Assembly: GCA_045660185.1 (NCBI GenBank)
Contig: JAZRDI010000058.1
Span: 8,385 to 72,384, forward strand
Direction: 5' to 3'
Source of the DNA: Eubacteriales bacterium
GTDB taxonomy: Bacteria; Bacillota; Clostridia; Oscillospirales; CAG-272
DNA: 64,000 nucleotides
In this document: piece after piece, positions 14,574 through 25,329 of the stretch
How the letters are laid out: every line of letters begins with the position of its first letter
Position numbering within the stretch: the stretch's first letter is position 1
Notes under the pieces: model-generated
Told to the model about the DNA's origin: nothing
The model's database searches: none
What the model saw: only the letters and a program-made list of their open reading frames with translations
Translations under genes and position numbers: made by a program

Positions 14574-15347
14574 ATGCAAAAAGAAGAAAGAAAATTTTGC
14601 GATTCCACAGTGTTTGAAGGAATGACCTCAATACGCGCAATTATCAAATCAATTGATAACGGCACAAGTGATAGGAAAATCAAAACAATACTGTTTGACA
14701 AAGAAAAAATGCAAAAAATATCAAAAGAGATAGGATATTTTAAGGCAGTAAATACGAAATATGGATTTGAGCTTTGCGAATCAAGTAGTGAAGAGCTTGA
14801 GAAAATCACACTCGGAACTTCGCATGGCGGCATAGTTGCCATAACGTCAGATAGAACGATACCGGAAATTAAAGAGGATGCTTCCCTTCCTCAAAACGGA
14901 TTTTTCGCTATGATTCAAGGCATCGAAGACCCTTACAATTTTGGTTATGCGCTTCGCTCTCTATATGCGGTTGGTGCTGACGGTATAGTTTTACCGCCGA
15001 GAAACTGGATGAGCGCCGCGGGTGTTGTATGCAGAAGCTCTGCGGGAGCATCTGAGCTATTTGAAATGTATCAATCAGATCCTATTGAAGCTGTCAAAAT
15101 TTTCAAATCTCGCGGATATAAGATAGTTTGCGCTGAAGAAAACACGCAAAACGTGCTTGGAAAGTGTGCGCTTCCCTTGCCTATTCTTCTCATTGTAGGT
15201 GGAGAAAAACGCGGAATTTCAAGAGCTGTTCTTGATCTTGCCGATATTCTCGTTAAAATTGATTACGGCCGTGAGTTTAAAGCTTCCCTTTCTGCCGCAT
15301 CTGCAACAACGATGTTCGCATACGAAATAATGCGTCAAAATAGTTAA
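14574..15347 (+). CDS. TrmH/SpoU-family RNA methyltransferase
   Basis: IEDPYNFGYALRS, VGGEKRGIS and SLSAASA SPOUT motifs; start at MQKEERK. Confidence 0.88.
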   Translation: MQKEERKFCDSTVFEGMTSIRAIIKSIDNGTSDRKIKTILFDKEKMQKISKEIGYFKAVNTKYGFELCESSSEELEKITLGTSHGGIVAITSDRTIPEIKEDASLPQNGFFAMIQGIEDPYNFGYALRSLYAVGADGIVLPPRNWMSAAGVVCRSSAGASELFEMYQSDPIEAVKIFKSRGYKIVCAEENTQNVLGKCALPLPILLIVGGEKRGISRAVLDLADILVKIDYGREFKASLSAASATTMFAYEIMRQNS

Positions 15348-15459
15348 TTTAAAGTTTATATAGAACCCGTAAATTAAAGACGACAGAAACGCCGCTTTTT
15401 GCAGTGTGTCTGCCGTCTTTCTTTAGCTTTGAATTTTAATAGCGCTTGCGATTGAAGGC

Positions 15460-16308
15460 TTATTTGTTACAGCCGCAACCTCTTGATCTTTGAGTATCGT
15501 TAGCGCATTCTGTCGTTGTTGAAACACCGCGAAATCTTGAAGTCGGAAAAGCCATAGCCTTGAAGACTGCGCAAGGATTTTCGTCATTGGTTGCGGGGAT
15601 GCACTCTTTATCGGGAACGCTATAATCGGTGGCTTGAACAAGGAGCTGGGCGGGACGCACGATACGAATTACCGAGAAAACGCCGAAGGAAATATAAAGT
15701 CTCGGGGCATCGTTTGATGCGCTAATATCACCGTCAAGGCAACCGCAAACGCACGTCGGAAGCTCAAGCGCGCTTTCGTTACAACAATTGCAAGGCGTGC
15801 AACATTCTTTTTCCTTCACCTTTGTGGAAAGAATCATCGGTTCTACCGTTTCTACGATTGCTACGGGTGCATTGCTGCCTCTGTTATTCTCGTTTATCGA
15901 GCAGTAGCTGTTTTCGGGGTCGGACGAGAACGTGGTGACGTTCCCTTCTCCTCCATAAAGAACAACTTCTTTTTCAAGAACGGCAAGACCCTTGAAGGTT
16001 TGGCTTCTGCCTATGCCAAGACACGCTTCCAAATCTACGAGGATGTAGTAGCGTATGCTGACCTGATAGAATCCGCAGTTGAAAGGAACTTCGTTTACAC
16101 CGACGTACGCCCAAAGAATACTTGCGGAACGTGCTCTTACGTTGGTCGAAGCCGAAAGTATATCCTCGCCGCAAGCGGTGAGATAAACACGTGTATTTTC
16201 AAAGCAATCTCTGTCACGGCAGGAATCGAGGACGCGCTGCGTATCAATACATACCGTTCCGCGTCCTTCCTGGCTAATACCCGAAGATGTATTTCTGTGA
16301 TCTGTCAT
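15460..16308 (-). CDS. Cys-rich hypothetical protein, probably spore coat/exosporium-related
   Basis: 282 aa with many Cys (ECCTPCNCCN, C-terminal RGCGCNK); sigma-K-like promoter upstream. Confidence 0.6.
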   Translation of the reverse strand: MTDHRNTSSGISQEGRGTVCIDTQRVLDSCRDRDCFENTRVYLTACGEDILSASTNVRARSASILWAYVGVNEVPFNCGFYQVSIRYYILVDLEACLGIGRSQTFKGLAVLEKEVVLYGGEGNVTTFSSDPENSYCSINENNRGSNAPVAIVETVEPMILSTKVKEKECCTPCNCCNESALELPTCVCGCLDGDISASNDAPRLYISFGVFSVIRIVRPAQLLVQATDYSVPDKECIPATNDENPCAVFKAMAFPTSRFRGVSTTTECANDTQRSRGCGCNK

Positions 16309-16505
16309 TGCAACTTCTCCCTCGATTATATTGTATATAATCAGTTATTTTTGAGGTAAGTTTCACCTCAATACATTCTATGCAACGGGTAAAAATGTGT
16401 TAAAGCTTTTTGCTATAGAAATCTTAAGTCGGAATTTTGCGCCACAAGCAACAAAAAGAGCGAAAACTCATCATTTTCGCTCTTTTAATATGTATTAATT
16501 AAAAA

Positions 16506-16907
16506 TTAGGTGTATGCCTTGATTGTATCGGGGCAAGCATCGGTTGCGATAGAAACTGTCATAACGAGGTTAACTTCGTTAACAACGTTTTCGAGATCCT
16601 TGAGAAGACCTTCAAATGCAGCAACATCATTTCCGCAAATCTTAAGAGAAGAATCTACGAATATATCGGTAATATCGCTATTGGAAGCAAGGATACCTGC
16701 GATGAAGCCTGTAAGCTTTGCAGCGTCCGTTACGTTATAAGCATCTGTATCAATAAGGCGCGCTTTAGAGGTTATATCAAATCTAAGCTTATCACCCTTC
16801 TCAATGCAAACAACAGAACCGTTTGAGGTGTTGGCAGCGTTGTTTACAAGCTCGATGAGAGTTTTAGTCTTTCCAGAACCTTTTGCGCCAATAAATAATT
16901 TAATCAT
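16506..16907 (-). CDS. Small P-loop NTPase-like protein
   Basis: FIGAKGSGKTK Walker A and IFVDS Walker-B-like motif; AGGAGG RBS. Confidence 0.75.
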   Translation of the reverse strand: MIKLFIGAKGSGKTKTLIELVNNAANTSNGSVVCIEKGDKLRFDITSKARLIDTDAYNVTDAAKLTGFIAGILASNSDITDIFVDSSLKICGNDVAAFEGLLKDLENVVNEVNLVMTVSIATDACPDTIKAYT

Positions 16908-17086
16908 TTTAGAATTCCTCCTTTGTTTCGGATTATGATAATCCTCTTGTATATATGATACACTATATTTAAGAAAAATGCAATAGTTTTTTGATGTTTT
17001 TACTAATTTTTTTGCAAAAAAATCGAATAAATATTCAGGTCTTTTGGCAAAATTTTGAAAAAAGACTTAAAAACCGTGAAAATCCG

Positions 17087-18430
17087 TTAATTTTCGGAAA
17101 TTCTTGCGTCAAGTTCCTTCTTCATATCCTCGTAACCGGGCTTACCCAAGAGAGCGAACATGTTCTTCTTGTAAGCCTCAACACCGGGCTGGTTGAAGGG
17201 GTTAACACCGAGCATATATCCCGATACCGCGCAGGCAAGCTCGAAGAAATATACGAGATAACCGAAGGTGTATGCGCTTCTGTCCTCAAGCTCGATGAGG
17301 ATGTTGGGAACACCGCCGTCGTTGTGAGCGATAAGAGTTGCAAGCATAGCGGTCTTGTTTACGTAATCAAGCTCCTTGCCGGAGATGAAGTTAAGACCGT
17401 CAACGTTAGCCGCATCGTCGGGAATAACGAATTTAGCGCCGGGGTTCTTAACGTTTATAACGGTTTCAAAGAGATTTCTCTGACCTTCCTGAACGTACTG
17501 ACCGAGAGAGTGGAGATCGGTTGAGAATACAACTGATGCAGGGAAAATACCCTTGTTATCCTTACCCTCACTCTCACCGTAAAGCTGCTTCCACCACTCG
17601 TTGAGCATAAGCATATAAGGCTCGTAACCAACGAGAATTTCAGTAACCTTACCGTCGCGAGCAAGAACGTTTCTTATTGCTGCGTACTTAACGGCATCGT
17701 TGCTGTTAAGATCGTTCGAAGAAAAATCGGAAATAGCAGTACGAGCTCCGGTCATCATAGCGTCGATATCAATACCTGCGCAAGCGATGGGGAGAAGTCC
17801 AACTGCGGTAAGAACCGAGTATCTTCCTCCAACGTCATCCGGAACTACGAACGTTTCATAGCCTGCTTCATCAGAGAACTGCTTAAGAGTTCCGCGGCAC
17901 TTATCGGTTGTTACGAAAATACGCTCGCGAGCGCCGTCTTCGCCGTACTTATCGATAAGGAGCTGCTTGAATACTCTGAATGCAACTGCGGGCTCTGTTG
18001 TTGTACCCGACTTTGATATAACGTTGACCGAAATATCCTTTCCCTCACAGATGGAGAGAATCTCGGTGAGCGCGGTTGTTGAAATATTATTTCCTGCGAA
18101 ATAAATATCGGGAGTATCCTTCTTAAGATTGTTATAAAGAGGGCTCTTAACGAATTCTATCGCAGCTCTTGCGCCAAGATAGGAACCGCCGATACCGATA
18201 ACTACGAGAATATCGGAATTCTTCTTTATCTTTTCTGCAGCATTTTTGATGCGTACAAACTCTTCCTTATCATAATTTTCGGGGAGATTGACCCAACCCA
18301 AAAAGTCGTTTCCTGCGCCCTTACCACTCTTTACGAGATCGTAAGCCGCTTTAGCTTCGTCTGCTATAGCCGCGAGCTGTTCTGCGGAAACAAAACCTTT
18401 CAAAAATTTGTCGTTAAGCTTCAATGACAT
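17087..18430 (-). CDS. pgi: Glucose-6-phosphate isomerase
   Basis: [41 protein letters not shown]. Confidence 0.97.
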   Translation of the reverse strand: MSLKLNDKFLKGFVSAEQLAAIADEAKAAYDLVKSGKGAGNDFLGWVNLPENYDKEEFVRIKNAAEKIKKNSDILVVIGIGGSYLGARAAIEFVKSPLYNNLKKDTPDIYFAGNNISTTALTEILSICEGKDISVNVISKSGTTTEPAVAFRVFKQLLIDKYGEDGARERIFVTTDKCRGTLKQFSDEAGYETFVVPDDVGGRYSVLTAVGLLPIACAGIDIDAMMTGARTAISDFSSNDLNSNDAVKYAAIRNVLARDGKVTEILVGYEPYMLMLNEWWKQLYGESEGKDNKGIFPASVVFSTDLHSLGQYVQEGQRNLFETVINVKNPGAKFVIPDDAANVDGLNFISGKELDYVNKTAMLATLIAHNDGGVPNILIELEDRSAYTFGYLVYFFELACAVSGYMLGVNPFNQPGVEAYKKNMFALLGKPGYEDMKKELDARISEN

Positions 18431-18549
18431 TTTTATACCTCCGTCATTTTAAAGTATTTATATTATTTATACACAATTATACAATACAGAAAGACATTTT
18501 TCAAGTATTTAATGAAAAATATTTCGTTTTATGACAAATTTTTCTTTTG

Positions 18550-19722
18550 TTATTTTTGAGAGATGAAAATTCCGCCTATAACTCTTTTCCAAAGCGATAA
18601 AAATCCTATTTTTTCAACGCTTTCCTTTGAATAAATTTTTGCCTCTCCGATTTTTTCTCCGTTAAGCATATATTCAACGGCGCCGAGCGGTTCTCCCGCC
18701 GTGATTTCGGCATTAACGGCGTCAGGGATAGAATATATTTTTTCTATTTTCGAAACTTCGGATTTTTTAACAAGACATTTGAATTCCTCTTCATATAGAG
18801 TGCAAAAATCCTTGACTCCGAATTTGACGGGTACGTTTTCGACCGCGTTCTCGTTTTGTTTGTATAACGAGTAGGTCGCAAAGCCGTAATCGAGCATTTT
18901 TCTTGCAGTTTCATTTCGTGAGTCACGTGTTGAAGCTCCCATAATTACGGCAATAAGCTGCATATCTCCTCTTTTTGCGGTAGCGCTTATGCAGTAACCC
19001 GCTTTATCGGTAGAGCCCGTTTTTAAGCCGTTACATCCATCGTAAAACCTAACGAGCCTATTTGTATTGGTGAGAGTGAATTCTCCGCTCCTTATAGTGT
19101 CTTGCCAAAGAGAGCTATACTTCAAAATAACCTCATGCTTTATAAGCTCACGTGACATTATAGCAATGTCGAGCGCAGAAGTAACGTGGTTTTCTGTAGT
19201 ATCGTCGAGTCCGGTTGTGTTTTCAAAGTTCGAGTTTTGCATACCCAACTCTTTGGCGCGAGCGTTCATTTTGCTTACAAAAGCCTCTTCGCTTCCTGCT
19301 ACCAGCTCGGCTAAAGCTACGGCTGCATCATTTGCGCTTGCGATAACCGCGCATTTTATAAGCTCTTCGACGGTCATTTCTTCGCCCTCTTCAAGAAACA
19401 CTTGGCTTCCTCCCATCGAAGCGGCGTATGATGAAATTTTAATCTTATCCGTGAGAAGATAGCTACCCGTGTCAAGTCCTTCTACCGCGAGTAACAAAGT
19501 CATTATCTTCGTTACCGATGCAGGTGCTAACGATTCGTTTTCATTTTTTGAAAATATAACCTCACCGCTTTCCGCTTCCATTAAAACAACGGATTTTGCA
19601 TCAATGTCACCAAATGGGTTGTTGATTTCTGCTTCGATTTTAGTATCGTTTTTAGCAAAAACTGTTGTGCTTTGTAGTAAAAATGATAAAGTTAGCAAAA
19701 AAAATAAAAATATCTTTTTCAT
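18550..19722 (-). CDS. dacF: D-alanyl-D-alanine carboxypeptidase (S11), DacF-like
   Basis: Signal peptide; ASVTK, SAND and KTG motifs; SMGGSQVFLE typical of DacF. Confidence 0.85.
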   Translation of the reverse strand: MKKIFLFFLLTLSFLLQSTTVFAKNDTKIEAEINNPFGDIDAKSVVLMEAESGEVIFSKNENESLAPASVTKIMTLLLAVEGLDTGSYLLTDKIKISSYAASMGGSQVFLEEGEEMTVEELIKCAVIASANDAAVALAELVAGSEEAFVSKMNARAKELGMQNSNFENTTGLDDTTENHVTSALDIAIMSRELIKHEVILKYSSLWQDTIRSGEFTLTNTNRLVRFYDGCNGLKTGSTDKAGYCISATAKRGDMQLIAVIMGASTRDSRNETARKMLDYGFATYSLYKQNENAVENVPVKFGVKDFCTLYEEEFKCLVKKSEVSKIEKIYSIPDAVNAEITAGEPLGAVEYMLNGEKIGEAKIYSKESVEKIGFLSLWKRVIGGIFISQK

Positions 19723-19912
19723 CGTTATAATACCTATCCTTAAATGTGTTTTGTTATATACATTCTATTTTTCTCACTCGGATATTATTACCTTATGAAA
19801 TGCAATGTGTTAAAAAAGAAAAAAGTTTTTGCAAAATTTGTTGTATTTCTATCTTTTTTGTGCTATTATATATTGGTATAATATTTTTAAATACTTGTAA
19901 TGGAGCTTTGTT

Positions 19913-20971
19913 GTGAAAAATAATAACAATAAAACCAAACGCTTAAGGCTTATTAATTTAGAAAAAGAAGGCAAAGGTATTAGTAAGGACAGACCCGAGC
20001 TTGCACCCGGCTTAAAAAAGTTCTTCATATCCTATTTTGCAAATTTCAGTAAGCTTGTTTCAGTTAACATATTTATGGTGCTTGGAAACTTCCCTTTGAT
20101 TTTTCTTATAATAAATCTTTCGGGATATTTTAAAACTCCCTATTTCCTTCCCTTCTCCGATTTATTCCAGAATTTGAGCGGAATAATATCGGCTGATGGA
20201 ACTGTGACTCCGTATGAAATGTCACTTTACGCAGTTGAGGGACTCCAGCATCAAGAGCTTGCAAACACAGCGATTAACTACGTATTTTACGCTCTCGGTG
20301 CTTTGACGCTAGTGACGTTCGGTCTTGTTAACGTTGGCACGGCCTACATAATCAGAAATATGGTTATGGGTGAGCCTGTATTTACTTGGCACGATTTTTG
20401 GTACTCTGTTAAGCGTAATTACAAGCAAGCGCTACCTTACGGTGCAATTGATGCGGGTATCGTTGCTTTGCTCTCGTGGAATCTTTACAGCCTTATTTCT
20501 TCAACGTCAAACTTCATTGCATCTATGATGTTTTGGAGCAACGTTGTTCTCTTTATCGTTTATTTCTTTATGCGATACTATATGTACGTTCAAATGGTAA
20601 CGTTCAAGCTGACAGTATTTAAAATGCTTAAAAACTCGCTTATTTTCGCACTTCTCGGATTTAAGAGAAATATAATGGCGCTTTTGGGAATAATTCTCGG
20701 AATCTTCCTTGAATTGCTCCTTCTTCTCGGTACGGGCGGAATTCTCGTTCCCTTCGCGGTTGCCGCGCCTCTTACAGTTCTCTTCTCTATGTTCGCATAT
20801 ATGAAGGTTTACGCAGCATATCCGAAAATCAAGCAGTATATGATAGACCCGTATCTTGACGAGCATCCCGAGGAAAGACCCGAAGAGCCCACCGAGGAAG
20901 TAATTATGAAGGATGACGTTACCGAAAACGAGCGCCTTGAGGAAATCAAAAAAAGAAACGGAATATCGTAA
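19913..20971 (+). CDS. Membrane protein, YesL/DUF624-like
   Basis: Multiple TM segments; GTAYIIRNMVMGEPVFTWHDFWYSVKRNYKQ motif. Confidence 0.65.
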   Translation: MKNNNNKTKRLRLINLEKEGKGISKDRPELAPGLKKFFISYFANFSKLVSVNIFMVLGNFPLIFLIINLSGYFKTPYFLPFSDLFQNLSGIISADGTVTPYEMSLYAVEGLQHQELANTAINYVFYALGALTLVTFGLVNVGTAYIIRNMVMGEPVFTWHDFWYSVKRNYKQALPYGAIDAGIVALLSWNLYSLISSTSNFIASMMFWSNVVLFIVYFFMRYYMYVQMVTFKLTVFKMLKNSLIFALLGFKRNIMALLGIILGIFLELLLLLGTGGILVPFAVAAPLTVLFSMFAYMKVYAAYPKIKQYMIDPYLDEHPEERPEEPTEEVIMKDDVTENERLEEIKKRNGIS

Positions 20972-21076
20972 TATCTAAAATTCAATTAAATTCTATAATA
21001 TAATTGCAAAACGAAGGCACTCTTTTTGGGTGCCTTCGTTCATTTTTTGGAAATTTGGATTCATTGAATATACGGT

Positions 21077-21853
21077 CTATCTTACAAGCTCGTCGAGTGT
21101 GCCAAAAGCGTATCCCATATTTCGCCATTCGTCAATAAGCGACGGTAATATTTCCGCATTTGTCTTAGAGGTGGGGTGAAGTAAAATTACCTCACCGTTA
21201 TGCGTGTTTTCGAGAATTTTCGCCTTTGACTTTTCAGCGTCCGGTTGATTTTTATCGTCCCAATCTGCATAACCAAAGCTCCAGAATATAGTTTTATAGC
21301 CAAGCTCCTTTACAACCGAAAGCGCTTCTTCGCTATATCTACCTTCCGGAAAACGAAAATATTTCGACATTTTTAGTCCCGTTGCCTTCTCGTAACTCTC
21401 TTCAAGTCCGCATAAGTCATTGATTATCTCTTCTTTTGTGAGCGTGCTTAAATCTTTATGCTTTCTTGTGTGATTGCATATTGTGTGACCCTCGCTTGTC
21501 ATACGCAAAATTAAATTCGTATTTTTGCTTATTATATGATCAAGAACAAAGAATGCCGCAGGAACGTTTTTTTCTTTTAATGTATTTAGTATTCTTTCGA
21601 CGTTGCCATTTTCGTATCCTGCATCAAACGTGAGATATATTCTTTTGGTCGGTGAATTGTCATCGAGTTTTTTATCTATATAGTATGCATCGTATTTTTC
21701 AATTACACTGTGTTCCTTTGGAATTTCGGGTTGCTTGTTCCCCGCCTTTTTTATATACCAGCTTACTCCGTTGCTTTCAGCAAAGATACAAATTGATGTG
21801 ATATTTAAGAGAATTGCCGTAAGCAAAACTATTGACATATACTTTCTTTTCAT
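21077..21853 (-). CDS. pdaA: Polysaccharide deacetylase, PdaA-like (muramic delta-lactam synthesis)
   Basis: YLTFDAGYENG, NHTRKH, FRFPEG, FWSFGYADW and ILLH motifs. Confidence 0.85.
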   Translation of the reverse strand: MKRKYMSIVLLTAILLNITSICIFAESNGVSWYIKKAGNKQPEIPKEHSVIEKYDAYYIDKKLDDNSPTKRIYLTFDAGYENGNVERILNTLKEKNVPAAFFVLDHIISKNTNLILRMTSEGHTICNHTRKHKDLSTLTKEEIINDLCGLEESYEKATGLKMSKYFRFPEGRYSEEALSVVKELGYKTIFWSFGYADWDDKNQPDAEKSKAKILENTHNGEVILLHPTSKTNAEILPSLIDEWRNMGYAFGTLDELVR

Positions 21854-22012
21854 AGATACCTCGTAAATTGTTTTTTATGTATTTTTTGAACTGTACTGAG
21901 GGATATGCTATGAAAACAAAGTGAAAATTGAGATTTTTTGTAAAACAAAGTAAATAAAAAATAAACTGCAGTCACGCGGAGCTGCAGTTTAATGGGTAAT
22001 ATAAATAGTATT

Positions 22013-23257
22013 TTAGCAAAATTCAACGTTATCAAAGACAACTCGTTTGCAATATTTGAGATTGGGATATACTCCGTGACTCTTTTCCTTACTTTGTCCG
22101 CCGTGGAAAAATCTATCTCCAAAAACGGAATAGTCGATAAGCTCGAAGGTACAGTTTGAAAATCTTATGTTTGATACGTTATTTTCCGCTCTTCCAACGA
22201 TAGAGATTCCAGAAGGACTCTTTGTGTGTATTTCGGAGAAATAGATATTTCTCACATCATCTATCATAGTATCGGGATTATTTGCTATCTCGATTTTAAT
22301 GGGCGGTCCAAACGTATTGTCCATAATTATATTGTTAAAGGAAATGTTTTCAATAAGAGTAGCTTCCCTTCCTATATCCGATGTATAAAGAAGCTTGGGA
22401 TTAAATTTCATATGTGGCATAACTATTGCTATACCGACCGAGGTGTCTGTCATAACCAAATTGGAGAATGTGCAGTTTTTTATGACTCCGTCGTTCATCC
22501 AGCCCACTCTGATACCGCTTGCATAGCTTGTGAGATTGCAATTGGTTACGGTTACGCGCTCGCATGTTTTGTTTTCGGCTAACGAAACGTTGTTTGCTCT
22601 TACTACGATGCAATCATCACCGCAGGTTATATTGCAGTTTGAAATATTTACGTTGCGCGAGGAATTTATATGAATTCCGTCATTATTGGGAAATTCAACG
22701 TCTGCAATTATTTTGATTCCCTCGAACTTTACATAATCGCAGTCGCTCATCCAATATGACCATCCCGCAGGCTGATTTATCATAGAAATGTCTTCGATTT
22801 TTACATTTCGGCAACCTGCGAAAAATACAACGCGAGGAGGGGTATTAGCATCGATTCTCTCGTATTTCCAATCCTTTTCGGGTGTTCTTATGCGAACAAA
22901 ATTAGAGCCGTTGCAATCAATAGTTCCCATACCTGTGATAGATATGTTTTCGCTTTCCTCGGCATATATATAGCACGCGTTTTTCCATCTCGGCAAAAGC
23001 TCGGTTTTGACGTGCTTAACATTTTCCCTTTCGGGATAATCCTCACATTTCGAAGAACCAAGAAGCGTTGCGTTGGATTCTATATGCAATTCAACGTTTG
23101 ATCTCATTATTATAGTTCCAAATAAATAAGTACCGCCCTCAACGAGTACACGTCCTCCGCCGTTGTTATAACATGTATCGATCGCGCTTTGAATGGCTGA
23201 GGTATTTAGTGTTTTTCCATCGGCTATTGCACCGAAATCTTTTATGTTATAAGTCAC
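22013..23257 (-). CDS. GH28-like beta-helix glycoside hydrolase (no signal peptide)
   Basis: YNIKDFGAIADG, PNNDGIH and CGDDCI motifs. Confidence 0.8.
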   Translation of the reverse strand: MTYNIKDFGAIADGKTLNTSAIQSAIDTCYNNGGGRVLVEGGTYLFGTIIMRSNVELHIESNATLLGSSKCEDYPERENVKHVKTELLPRWKNACYIYAEESENISITGMGTIDCNGSNFVRIRTPEKDWKYERIDANTPPRVVFFAGCRNVKIEDISMINQPAGWSYWMSDCDYVKFEGIKIIADVEFPNNDGIHINSSRNVNISNCNITCGDDCIVVRANNVSLAENKTCERVTVTNCNLTSYASGIRVGWMNDGVIKNCTFSNLVMTDTSVGIAIVMPHMKFNPKLLYTSDIGREATLIENISFNNIIMDNTFGPPIKIEIANNPDTMIDDVRNIYFSEIHTKSPSGISIVGRAENNVSNIRFSNCTFELIDYSVFGDRFFHGGQSKEKSHGVYPNLKYCKRVVFDNVEFC

Positions 23258-23271
23258 GATAGATCTCCTTA

Positions 23272-24048
23272 TTAATTTTTTACAATTGGGTAAAGCTGAA
23301 TGTTATTACCGCCGTCAATTATCAACTCGGCTCCGGTTGTGTTTCTTGCGTTTTCGGCAAAATACCAAGCGGCATCAGCGATATCGTCACCAACTGCTAC
23401 ATCGCCGATAGGAGTAAATCTAGAGGGGACATTTTTATAAAACTCGGGATTTTTCTCCCATCTATCAGTTTTAATCATTCCGGGAAGCACTGCATTAACG
23501 CGAATATTATATTGTCCTAAATCAAGAGCCATTGCTCTCATCATACCGAGCTGACCGCCCTTGGAGGCGATATACGCAACTCTATCCGGTATTGCTCTGT
23601 ATGCTGTATTTGAGTTGATAAATATAATATTCCCGCCGCCGTTTTCCTTCATTCTTTTAGCAGCGTGCTCGCAAATGCAATAATTCCATACTATATTTGT
23701 GTTGATTACTTTAATAAAATCCGTTAACGAATTCTCTAAGATTTTTAATCCTATACCTTGATCGGCAGCGTTGAGAACAAGTGTATTTACAAACAATTTA
23801 TTACCGTCTATGTATTCAAACATTTTTGTAACAGCTTCTTCGTTTACGTCTTTTTCATTAATTAAAGAGTCTATATGATATCCTAAAATTTTCACGTTAG
23901 GAAATTTGAGTTTGTATGCTTTCTCGGCTTCTGCAACGTTTTCTGCATTTCTTCCGGTAAATATAACATTATATCCCTCGGATGCGAATTTTTCAACAAT
24001 AGCAACTCCTGTATTGATGCATGCTCCTGTTATTAGCGCAGTTTTCAT
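23272..24048 (-). CDS. SDR-family oxidoreductase
   Basis: ALITGA, LNAA, YIASK and IRVNAVLPG; start at MKTALITG after AGGAG RBS. Confidence 0.88.
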   Translation of the reverse strand: MKTALITGACINTGVAIVEKFASEGYNVIFTGRNAENVAEAEKAYKLKFPNVKILGYHIDSLINEKDVNEEAVTKMFEYIDGNKLFVNTLVLNAADQGIGLKILENSLTDFIKVINTNIVWNYCICEHAAKRMKENGGGNIIFINSNTAYRAIPDRVAYIASKGGQLGMMRAMALDLGQYNIRVNAVLPGMIKTDRWEKNPEFYKNVPSRFTPIGDVAVGDDIADAAWYFAENARNTTGAELIIDGGNNIQLYPIVKN

Positions 24049-24058
24049 ATATCTCTCC

Positions 24059-25219
24059 TCAAAAATAGAATTCGGTTTTTGCGGGTCGTATATCGGTGAG
24101 CGCGCCTGTATAGTGACGAAGATTGTGCTCCACATAAGGATGCTTAAGGCATTCGTTCTCATCAAGATCAATACCAAGCCCCGGCTTATCGCCTATTTTT
24201 ATACGTCCGTTTTCGTAAACAAGATTTTCGTTAGTTACATTTTTACGCCATTCTACATCGCTATACATAATCTCAAGAATGCAGAAATTAGGACAGCACG
24301 CTGCAAGCTGAAGCGTTGCGGCATTTGCGATAGGACCTGATGGATTGTGCGGAGCAAAAGGAATATAATTAGCTTCGGCAAGAGCGGCGATTTTTTTAAG
24401 CTCCATAATACCGCCTGCGTGTGAAATGTCGGGCTGTATATAGTCGCAGGCCCTTCTTCTGAACAGTTCGTTATAGTCGAATCTCGTATAAAGTCTTTCA
24501 CCGGCCGATATTGCTACGGGAGATTTTCGTCTTACCGCCTCAAGCGCTTCTATATTGTTAGGCGGTACGGGCTCTTCAAGAAACATTGGTTTGAAGACAG
24601 CCACCTCCTGCGCAATTTTAATACCTGTGGGAACGTCGAAGCGACCATGTGCCTCAATAAGAAGGTCAACCTCGTTTCCAACGGCTTCTCTTACTGCTGC
24701 AATACAGCGCAAGGCTTTATCAAGATCGGCATTAGATATTTGCAAATAGCTTTTTCCAAACGGATCCCATTTCATAGCAGTAACACCGCGTTTTACGGCT
24801 ATTTTTGCTTTTTCTGCAAATTCCTCGGGCTCTTTAGCCCCTGCAAACCAACCATTAACATAAATGCGGCAATCCTCGTTCACCTTGCCTCCGAGAAGCT
24901 GATAAACGGGTACATCGAGTGATTTTCCAAGTATATCCCAAAGCGCCATTTCAACCGCAGACAAAGCGCTCATAAGAACAGCTCCGCCGCGCCAATATGC
25001 ATCACGGTAAATATCGTGGTAATGCTTTTCAATTTGTCTTGGATCTTTGCCTACAAGATAGCTTTTTATATGCTCGACAGCTCCGACAAGAGCTTTTTCC
25101 TTATACTCAAGCGTGCCTTCTCCCACACCGGTGATACCTTCATCTGTGTACACCTTTACAAAAACCCAATTGGTACGAAAACAATCTACTACGAATGTTT
25201 TTATATCTGTTACCTTCAT
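24059..25219 (-). CDS. dgoD: Galactonate dehydratase-like enzyme (mandelate racemase/enolase superfamily)
   Basis: YWRGGAVLMSALS, KWDP, EAHGRF, EEP, GER, QPD and APHNPSGP motifs. Confidence 0.8.
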   Translation of the reverse strand: MKVTDIKTFVVDCFRTNWVFVKVYTDEGITGVGEGTLEYKEKALVGAVEHIKSYLVGKDPRQIEKHYHDIYRDAYWRGGAVLMSALSAVEMALWDILGKSLDVPVYQLLGGKVNEDCRIYVNGWFAGAKEPEEFAEKAKIAVKRGVTAMKWDPFGKSYLQISNADLDKALRCIAAVREAVGNEVDLLIEAHGRFDVPTGIKIAQEVAVFKPMFLEEPVPPNNIEALEAVRRKSPVAISAGERLYTRFDYNELFRRRACDYIQPDISHAGGIMELKKIAALAEANYIPFAPHNPSGPIANAATLQLAACCPNFCILEIMYSDVEWRKNVTNENLVYENGRIKIGDKPGLGIDLDENECLKHPYVEHNLRHYTGALTDIRPAKTEFYF

Positions 25220-25329
25220 TTTTTTGCCTCCGTATTGACTTTTTTACAATGATATTATATAATACTTCTTAATTGATAAATATAGTAAATTTAACATTTT
25301 TATCAGAAATCTTATCTTTTAGGAGCATT

